From positions 1 through 43,047 of the forward strand of contig JBEBGD010000040.1 of assembly GCA_040081625.1 (NCBI GenBank): DNA of 43,047 nucleotides, in the 5' to 3' direction. A program made the position numbers and the translations under genes. This document shows, piece after piece, positions 36,933 to 43,047 of the stretch; positions within the stretch are counted from its first letter, which is position 1, and the number at the start of each line of letters is the position of its first letter. The notes beneath the pieces were generated by a model. That model was not told the origin of the DNA, ran no database searches, and worked only from the letters and a program-made list of their open reading frames with translations. The DNA comes from Chthoniobacteraceae bacterium. Its GTDB lineage: Bacteria > Verrucomicrobiota > Verrucomicrobiia > Chthoniobacterales > Chthoniobacteraceae.

Positions 36933-37847
36933 GTGATGCGGTCCCCAAGACTTCCACTTTCGCTCGTGCTTTGCGGGTGGATGCACGCCGTCACATCCGG
37001 CGTGTGTGCGCAGACGACGCCGGGAAATTTCGCGGAGGTGCCGTTCGAGCGGCTTTCGGAACGGACCATCGCGCCGCTGGGCGCGCGCGCTCTCGCGATC
37101 CGCAAGGCGGATTGGAAACACGCGGAGTCCGCGCACTTCGTGTATCACTTCTTCCAGTCTTTCGTGGCCGCACCGGTATCGGTCGAGGCGGAGTTTTTCT
37201 ACACGGTCGTCGCAAAGGAACTCGGGCGTGACACCTCGCAGTGGGAGCGCAAATGCCACATCTACATTTTCGAGAAGCCCGCCGACTGGACGCAGTTCAA
37301 GGTGGCAGGGCAGCTCGATCCGTGGACCGGCGGGCTGTGCGCGGGCGGCGAGCTTTTCATAGTTCGCGATCCGCAGGTGAAGTGGAAAGGCGACACGCTC
37401 GGGCACGAAGTCACGCACCTTGTGCTGCATCGGTTCTTTGGCCCCGGCATCCCGCTGTGGCTCAATGAAGGCTTCGCCGAATACGCGGCGGCGCGCGGCT
37501 ATGCGGCGTTCTGGCGGGCGAGGGGATTCCAGGCGCGACCGCGTTCGCAGGCTGTCGATCCGGCGCGCTGGATCCCGCTTGCGGAGATCATCGGCGCCGC
37601 CGGGTATCCGGCGGATGTGACGAAGGTCGCGACGTTTTACCACCAGTCGGAGCGGCTCGTGCGCTTCCTCTCGAGCGTGGACAAGGCGGGCTTCCAGCGT
37701 CTGCTGGAGGCGCTCGCGCAGGGCAATCGCTTCGATACCGCGCTCGGCAAAAGTTTTCACGGAAAGTTCGCCGACCTCGCCGCGCTCGAACGCGCCGCAA
37801 AGGAATACGCCACTCGCGAGCACGGCACTGCGATCCAGGATCGGTAG
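36933..37847 (+). CDS. Secreted zinc metallopeptidase-like protein (clan MA / DUF1570-like)
   Basis: HEVTH followed by PLWLNEGFAEY (gluzincin third ligand), plus a signal-like N-terminus. Confidence 0.75.
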   Translation: MMRSPRLPLSLVLCGWMHAVTSGVCAQTTPGNFAEVPFERLSERTIAPLGARALAIRKADWKHAESAHFVYHFFQSFVAAPVSVEAEFFYTVVAKELGRDTSQWERKCHIYIFEKPADWTQFKVAGQLDPWTGGLCAGGELFIVRDPQVKWKGDTLGHEVTHLVLHRFFGPGIPLWLNEGFAEYAAARGYAAFWRARGFQARPRSQAVDPARWIPLAEIIGAAGYPADVTKVATFYHQSERLVRFLSSVDKAGFQRLLEALAQGNRFDTALGKSFHGKFADLAALERAAKEYATREHGTAIQDR

Positions 37848-37926
37848 CGTCTCGGGGTATTTCCGGTCCGAATATCAGTAGTAATCCGAGGGCTCGGACG
37901 AACGGCGCCTGCTTAGTCGGTGTGGT

Positions 37927-38316
37927 ATGAATCAAACCAAGATCCTGATCGTGGACGATGACCCGAGTATTTCGCGCATGATGCGCGTCGTGCTCGAGCG
38001 CATGGGCGGCTACCTGGTCCGTGAAGAGAACCGCGCGGCTGCCGCACTCGAGACGGCGTGGGAATTCGCACCGGACCTGATCGTGCTCGACGAGCATATG
38101 GACGGCGTCCACGGCGGTGCGGTCGAAGCCGCGTTGCATGCTGAGCCGGTGCTGGAGTCGGTTCCGGTGCTTCTCGCGACCGACCGGATCAAGCCGACGA
38201 TTTCCGTGCGCTGCGGTGGCGAAACGGTGCTCACGCGGGCGATCGATCCGAATGTGCTGCTCGCGCGAGTGAGCGCATTGCTCGCATCGCCGCAGCAGGT
38301 GAGACTCGCGGCTTAG
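37927..38316 (+). CDS. Single-domain response regulator receiver (atypical)
   Basis: KILIVDDD and PDLIVLD are present; the conserved Lys-Pro is replaced by RA. Confidence 0.8.
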   Translation: MNQTKILIVDDDPSISRMMRVVLERMGGYLVREENRAAAALETAWEFAPDLIVLDEHMDGVHGGAVEAALHAEPVLESVPVLLATDRIKPTISVRCGGETVLTRAIDPNVLLARVSALLASPQQVRLAA

Positions 38317-38416
38317 CGGATCGGCGGAGCTTTCCCGCAGCGAGGCGGGGCGGATCGGATTTTGCGCCGCTTGACCTTCCTTGTCGGTCGCGAACACTCT
38401 CGCGGCCGATTTCCAT

Positions 38417-39538
38417 ATGCCCGCCGCCAAGACCGCCACCGCCATTTCCGCTCACGCCGTCGTCGGGTCTGATGATGGCGGCGTGAAGGCCGCGGCGAAG
38501 GAACTCGCGGCGAAGCTTTCGCCCGGCGGGGACTTCGGCATGGAGATCATCGACGGTGCGTCGGCGAATTCCGATGAAGCGGCTGATCGGATCGACTCGG
38601 CCATCCAGGCGCTGCTCACCTTTCCCTTTTTCGGCGGCGGCAAACTTGTGTGGCTCAAGAGCGCCAGCTTCCTCGGCGACGACCCGATGGGCCGCTCCGA
38701 AGCGGTGCTCGCGGCGTTGGAGAAACTTGTCGCGACGCTCGAATCGGGCCTTCCCGACGGCACCGTCTTTCTGCTCAGTGCGACGCCCATCGACAAGCGG
38801 CGCTCATTTTACAAGACCCTGCAAAAGGTCGCGAAGGTCCAGATCATCGAGGCGCTCGACACGTCGCGCTCGGGCTGGGAGGAGGACGCCGCGCGGCTCG
38901 TGCGCGAGGCGGCGGACCAGCGCGGACTCACGCTCGCCGGGGATTGCTGTGAGCTCCTCGCGCTGATGACCGGCGGCGATCGGAGGCAGATCGAAAACGA
39001 GATCGAAAAGCTCGATCTCTACCTCGACAAAGAGCGGCGCGAGGTTCGCGAAGAGGACGTGCGCCTGCTCGTGCCGATGTCGCATGTCGGTGTCGTCTTC
39101 GAGCTCGGCAACGCGCTCGCCGCGCGCAAAACGGGGCGTGCACTCGAGTTGCTCGAGCAGCTCGTGTTTCACGGCGAAAAGGCGATCGGCATCCTGCTCG
39201 CATCGATCATCCCGACGGTGCGGAGCCTTCTGCTCGCCAAGGATCTCATGGTGCGCCACCGGCTCAAAGCGCCGGCGCAGCCGTTCTACTTCGCCAAGGA
39301 TCTCGAGCGTCTGCCGGCTGCCGCGACGGCGCACCTGCCTCGGAAGAAGGACGGAACCGTGAACGCATTTGCCCTCGGTCTCGCGATGAAACAGGCGCAC
39401 CGATTCAGCGAATCGGAATTGCGCACCGCGCTCCATGCGTGCCTCGAGGCGAACGTGAAGCTGGTCACGTCGTCGCTGGATGCGAAGGTCGTCCTCACCG
39501 AACTCATCGTGCGGATCGGCGCGGGCGCGCATGCCTGA
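38417..39538 (+). CDS. holA: DNA polymerase III delta subunit
   Basis: PFFGGGKLVWLK, DKRRSFYK, ENEIEKLDLY, VFELGNAL and a C-terminal helix ending LTELIVRI. Start ATG 38417. Confidence 0.88.
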   Translation: MPAAKTATAISAHAVVGSDDGGVKAAAKELAAKLSPGGDFGMEIIDGASANSDEAADRIDSAIQALLTFPFFGGGKLVWLKSASFLGDDPMGRSEAVLAALEKLVATLESGLPDGTVFLLSATPIDKRRSFYKTLQKVAKVQIIEALDTSRSGWEEDAARLVREAADQRGLTLAGDCCELLALMTGGDRRQIENEIEKLDLYLDKERREVREEDVRLLVPMSHVGVVFELGNALAARKTGRALELLEQLVFHGEKAIGILLASIIPTVRSLLLAKDLMVRHRLKAPAQPFYFAKDLERLPAAATAHLPRKKDGTVNAFALGLAMKQAHRFSESELRTALHACLEANVKLVTSSLDAKVVLTELIVRIGAGAHA

Positions 39539-40277
39539 GCTGACGGCGGTCCAGTGGCTCCTCGCCATCGTCGCCGCGATGGGCATCGGCGTGGCAAAGA
39601 GCGGCTTCGCCGGCGTGAGCCTCGTGCACGTGCTCGTCTTCGCGTTCCTCTTCGGTGCGCGCGATTCGACCGGCGTCGTGCTGCCGTTGCTCATCGTCGG
39701 CGACATCTGCGCGTTGCTCGCTTTTCACCAGCACGCGCGGTGGGATTACGTGCGCCGGATGCTGCCGCCCGCGTGCATCGGCGTGATCGGCGGCTGGGCG
39801 TTCATGCAGCGGATCGATGCGGCCGCGTTCAAGCCGCTGATCGGCTGGATCATCCTCGTCCTTACTGCGCTGCAAGTCGCGCGGATGCGGCGCCCTGAGT
39901 GGTTCGCGCACATCCCTCACTCGCGCTGGTTCGCGTGGACTGTGGGCCTGCTCGCCGGCTTCACCACCATGCTCGCGAATGCCGCCGGGCCAATCATGGC
40001 GCTCTATTTCCTCGCCGTCGCGTTGCCGAAGCTCGAGTTCGTCGGCACGAGCGCGTGGTATTTCTTCATCGTCAATTCGTTCAAGGTGCCGTTCAGCGCC
40101 GGCCTTGGCTTGATCCGCAGCGATACGCTCCTGCTGAACGCTATGCTCATCCCCGCCGTCGCGCTCGGATTGGTCGCGGGCCGCTGGCTCGTGAAGCGCG
40201 TGCCGCAGCGGCTCTTCGACGGTCTGCTCCTCGGCTTCGCCGCCATCGCCGCGTTACGATTAGTCGGACTCTTTTGA
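39531..40277 (+). CDS. Sulfite exporter TauE/SafE family membrane protein
   Basis: GVAKSGFAG, LPLLIVGD and TTMLANAAGP, with about 8 TM helices. Start ATG 39531 overlaps the holA end. Confidence 0.88.
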   Translation: MPELTAVQWLLAIVAAMGIGVAKSGFAGVSLVHVLVFAFLFGARDSTGVVLPLLIVGDICALLAFHQHARWDYVRRMLPPACIGVIGGWAFMQRIDAAAFKPLIGWIILVLTALQVARMRRPEWFAHIPHSRWFAWTVGLLAGFTTMLANAAGPIMALYFLAVALPKLEFVGTSAWYFFIVNSFKVPFSAGLGLIRSDTLLLNAMLIPAVALGLVAGRWLVKRVPQRLFDGLLLGFAAIAALRLVGLF

Positions 40278-40315
40278 GCTTCCGCCGCTGCGAGCAGTCG
40301 ATAGCGTCGCGCTCC

Positions 40316-40723
40316 ATGCTTCTCAAATTCCTCGGCAAACATCGCGACACCGGCCTGCTCATTCTGCGCCTTGGCGTTGGAGCTGCGTTCATCGTCCACG
40401 GCCTTCCGAAGCTGACAGGTGGGCCGGAGGACTGGGTAAAATTCGGAAAAGCGATGAGTCACATCGGGATCGATTTTTTCCCGGTGTTTTGGGGTTTCAT
40501 GGCTGCGGTGACCGAGGGGATCGGAGGTGTCTTGCTGATCATCGGCGCCTTCTACCGCCCGATCTGTCTCCTGCTCGCCTTCACGATGACGATGGCGACG
40601 CTCACGCTGGCCCTGCCGAAGAATGGAGAGTTCAAGCTTTATAGCAACCCACTGAAGCTGGCATTCGTCTTCGTCGGTCTCGCCTGCGTGGGCCCTGGCC
40701 GCTTCTCAGTGGACAAAGATTGA
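40316..40723 (+). CDS. DoxX family membrane protein
   Basis: LLILRLGVGAAFIVHGLPKL, EGIGGVLLIIG and GPGRFSVD. Start ATG 40316. Confidence 0.9.
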   Translation: MLLKFLGKHRDTGLLILRLGVGAAFIVHGLPKLTGGPEDWVKFGKAMSHIGIDFFPVFWGFMAAVTEGIGGVLLIIGAFYRPICLLLAFTMTMATLTLALPKNGEFKLYSNPLKLAFVFVGLACVGPGRFSVDKD

Positions 40724-40731
40724 AATACCGC

Positions 40732-40759
40732 TTGCAGGTCCGAGCCTGCTCCCTAACCT
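40732..40759 (+). promoter_or_regulatory. Putative sigma70 promoter of the tRNA
   Basis: TTGCAG (40732-40737), a 16 nt spacer, then TAACCT (40754-40759), 14 nt before the tRNA. Confidence 0.45.
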
Positions 40760-40773
40760 GCGCTCACTCAAAA

Positions 40774-40850
<77 letters not shown>

Positions 40851-41008
40851 CCTCTCTCGCTTGGTTGGCTTCGTTGTTTCAGCGCGTGCGGTTGACGCAC
40901 CGAAATATTCGCCGGCTTCCGGCTACGCTCCAGCCGCCGAAGGGGGGCGACTTCTGTCCGATGCATGGCTGCGCGGAACAGTGGATTTTTCCTCCGCGAA
41001 ACCTGCGG

Positions 41009-41938
41009 CTAGCGCCGATTCCAGACGCCGGCTTGCGTGACCACGCCGAGCATCTCGCGGGCGCCATTGATCACTGAATCGAGCGGCGCGGGCGCGACGA
41101 CGATGGGAAGCCCGAGACGTTCGCCGAATCGCGCCGGAACGCCGGGGATGAGGGCACCGCCGCCACTGAGCAGGACGCCGGATTCTGCAACGTCGGCAAG
41201 CCAGCGCGGTTCGAACGCTTCGACGAAGGTGGCTGCGGCATCGAGCATTTCGCCGACTCCCGCCTCGATCGCGTCGGCGATGACTCCGGCCGAGATGGCA
41301 TGGCGGCGGGGAAGGGTGGAGTCCGGGCCGAGTCCATTCGCGACGACGATGCCATCAATGCGCCGGCTCTGGGCGCGCACGCCGACATGGCGGATCAAGC
41401 GCTCGATCTCCGTCTCGGCGAGGAGGAATCCGGTTTCGCGCTGGACGGCTTCGAGCACGGCGGCGCGCAGCGCGCAGCAGCCGCCGCGGACAGCGAGGCA
41501 AGTCTCGATGTAACCGTCGGAGAGCACGGCGTAATCGGTGACGCCTTCGCCGAAATCGATGACCATCGACGCGCGGTGCGCGCCCACGTCGGCGCCGGCG
41601 CCCATGGCGGCGGCGAGGGGCTGAGGGACCACGAAGACTTCGTTCGCGCCCGCGCCGCGCACGGCGATCTCGAGGGCGGCGACTTCCTCCTCGGTGGCAT
41701 CGCTGGGAGCGCAGGCGAGTGCGCGTGCGCCGCGCCAGCCGAGTCGTTGGTAGCGGCGGAAAAGGTGCCGAAGGATTTCCGAGGCCATCTCGACTTCGAC
41801 TACGACGCCGTCGCGCAGGGCGGGGGTGGCGCCGACTCGGGCCGGGGCTTCGGCGAAACCGGTGCAGCGCTCGACGCCGACGCGCGCCATGGCGGTGCCG
41901 AGGTCGATTGCCAGGTCAGGGTTCTGGACGGAAGGCAT
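41009..41938 (-). CDS. Divergent MreB-like actin-family ATPase
   Basis: LAIDLGTA, LRDGV, QPLAAAMGAG, VIDFGEGVTD, LSGGGALIPG and PLDSVINGA. Confidence 0.85.
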   Translation of the reverse strand: MPSVQNPDLAIDLGTAMARVGVERCTGFAEAPARVGATPALRDGVVVEVEMASEILRHLFRRYQRLGWRGARALACAPSDATEEEVAALEIAVRGAGANEVFVVPQPLAAAMGAGADVGAHRASMVIDFGEGVTDYAVLSDGYIETCLAVRGGCCALRAAVLEAVQRETGFLLAETEIERLIRHVGVRAQSRRIDGIVVANGLGPDSTLPRRHAISAGVIADAIEAGVGEMLDAAATFVEAFEPRWLADVAESGVLLSGGGALIPGVPARFGERLGLPIVVAPAPLDSVINGAREMLGVVTQAGVWNRR

Positions 41939-41955
41939 CGGGGCGCTTGGGCGTT

Positions 41956-42405
41956 TCAGGCTGCGGCTCTTAGCCGGTCGCGATGGATTTTGCAGGCGGT
42001 TTTCATCCGGGTGAGGACGTAATAGACGGTCTGCGAGCGAATACGCACAAGCTGACCTCCCACTACTTGAGGCACGAAGTTGCTGGGTAAATCAAGGATT
42101 TCTTCGAGGGTGCAGCCATCGAGGCCGCGGCAGAGGATGGAAGTCATGGCCTTGGTGAGGGTCTGGACTTTCTCGCCGAGGGTGACTTTTAGATGCACGC
42201 GGCGATCGGGTGAGGTGCTCAGGAAGACGCCGACAGTGTCGGTGCAATCCTCGTCTTTGCGGATATCCTCGAGGTCGAACTTTTCGCCCGGTCGCGGCTC
42301 GTGCTTCCGCGCCTGCGCGGCGTAGGCGATGAGGTTTTCGCGCTTTTCCTCCTCGGGCAGCGACTCGAACAGCGCGATGATGGCTTGGAGCTTCTCGGGA
42401 TACAT
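41956..42405 (-). CDS. sufE: SufE family sulfur-acceptor protein
   Basis: KLQAIIALFESL...LIAYA, conserved Cys in EDCTDTVGVF, LDGCTLEEIL and a late Arg (VRIRSQ). Confidence 0.78.
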   Translation of the reverse strand: MYPEKLQAIIALFESLPEEEKRENLIAYAAQARKHEPRPGEKFDLEDIRKDEDCTDTVGVFLSTSPDRRVHLKVTLGEKVQTLTKAMTSILCRGLDGCTLEEILDLPSNFVPQVVGGQLVRIRSQTVYYVLTRMKTACKIHRDRLRAAA

Positions 42406-42436
42406 CTGGCAGGGCCGGGCGGAGTAAGCCCCGGAT

Positions 42437-42473
42437 GCCGCCCCGGCGCAACCTTCCTTTGCGTCCGGGCGGC
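42437..42473. repeat. Imperfect 15-bp inverted repeat in the sufE/gmhB divergent intergenic region
   Basis: GCCGCCCCGGCGCAA (42437-42451) and TTGCGTCCGGGCGGC (42459-42473), with a 7-nt spacer. Confidence 0.5.
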
Positions 42474-42494
42474 TTGCGGTAAGGTGCGCGGCTG

Positions 42495-43031
42495 ATGCCC
42501 CTCTCTCCCGCCGTTTTTCTCGATCGCGACGGCACGCTCATCGAAGACGTGCGCTACTGCAAAGACCCCGCGCTCGTGCGCGTGCTGCCGGGCGTGGTCG
42601 TGGCGCTGCGGCAGCTGCGCGAGGCGGGCTTTCTCACGGTGATCATCACCAACCAGAGCGCGATCGGGCGCGGGTGGATGACGGTGGCGGATTACGAGGC
42701 GGTCCACGCGCGGACGATGGAGCTGATCGGGCCGGGGCTGCTCGATGCGGCGTATTTTTGCAGCGATGCGCCGGAGGTGGCGAGCACGCATCGCAAGCCG
42801 GCGACGGGCATGGTGCTCGATGCGGAGCGCGATCTCGGGATCGATCTCGCGCGGTCGTGGTTTGTGGGCGACAAGCGGGCGGATGTGCAGTGTGGACACG
42901 CGGCGGGCACGCGCTCGATCTTCGTGCTCTGCGGCCAGGGCACGCGCGAGGACGGCGCGGCGGCGGATTTCATCGCGCGCGATCTTGCGGAGGCGGCGGA
43001 GTTCATCCTAAAGCAACCGGATGCCGGCTAA
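42495..43031 (+). CDS. gmhB: HAD-IIIA phosphatase, D,D-heptose 1,7-bisphosphate phosphatase-like
   Basis: AVFLDRDGTL, ITNQSAIGRG, RKPATGM and SWFVGDKRAD. Confidence 0.85.
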   Translation: MPLSPAVFLDRDGTLIEDVRYCKDPALVRVLPGVVVALRQLREAGFLTVIITNQSAIGRGWMTVADYEAVHARTMELIGPGLLDAAYFCSDAPEVASTHRKPATGMVLDAERDLGIDLARSWFVGDKRADVQCGHAAGTRSIFVLCGQGTREDGAAADFIARDLAEAAEFILKQPDAG

Positions 43032-43047
43032 AGCTGCGGTCATCATT
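43021..43047 (+). CDS. 5' end of the next gene, possibly CMP-Kdo synthetase (KdsB)
   Basis: ATG 43021 reads MPAKAAVII, matching the start of the KdsB-type xxVIIPAR motif, and overlaps the gmhB end. Only 9 codons are visible. Confidence 0.35.

Noticed and set aside
34411..37847. rhlE, PQQ propeller and metallopeptidase as effectors or components of the WXG system
   Set aside because: rhlE has its own -10-like element. The other two carry Sec-type signal peptides and belong to common families. There is only co-orientation, no positive link.

Overview
A gene-dense, high-GC bacterial chromosomal window with about 35 genes and no recognisable mobile element or CRISPR array. Two TolC proteins, GmhB and a probable KdsB start point to a diderm, LPS-making host. 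The gene content (DUF4159, PQQ propeller, DUF1570-like peptidase, TPR-redoxin, giant secreted protein) suggests the PVC superphylum, probably Verrucomicrobiota; this is inference only. Recognisable genes include a TolC-MacA-MacB efflux operon, fumC, an rhlE-like helicase, holA, sufE, gmhB, an ECF sigma/anti-sigma pair and initiator tRNA-Met. The best candidate for an under-described system is a four-gene operon at 29500-34365. It encodes three mutually related WXG100-like helical proteins (W-x-D rather than W-x-G, one elongated) and a membrane-anchored EccC/EssC-like FtsK ATPase with one intact and two degenerate ATPase domains. It looks like a minimal type VII-like module in a Gram-negative, with none of the usual T7SS accessory genes in the window. 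Secondary candidates are a CinA/PncC-like plus NadD-like fusion, an RCK-RyR membrane protein, an orphan truncated MreB with an actin-like Gln, a secretin-fragment fusion in the ECF operon, and a window-wide signature of leaderless or near-leaderless mRNAs. All family assignments come from motif recognition by eye; no searches were run.
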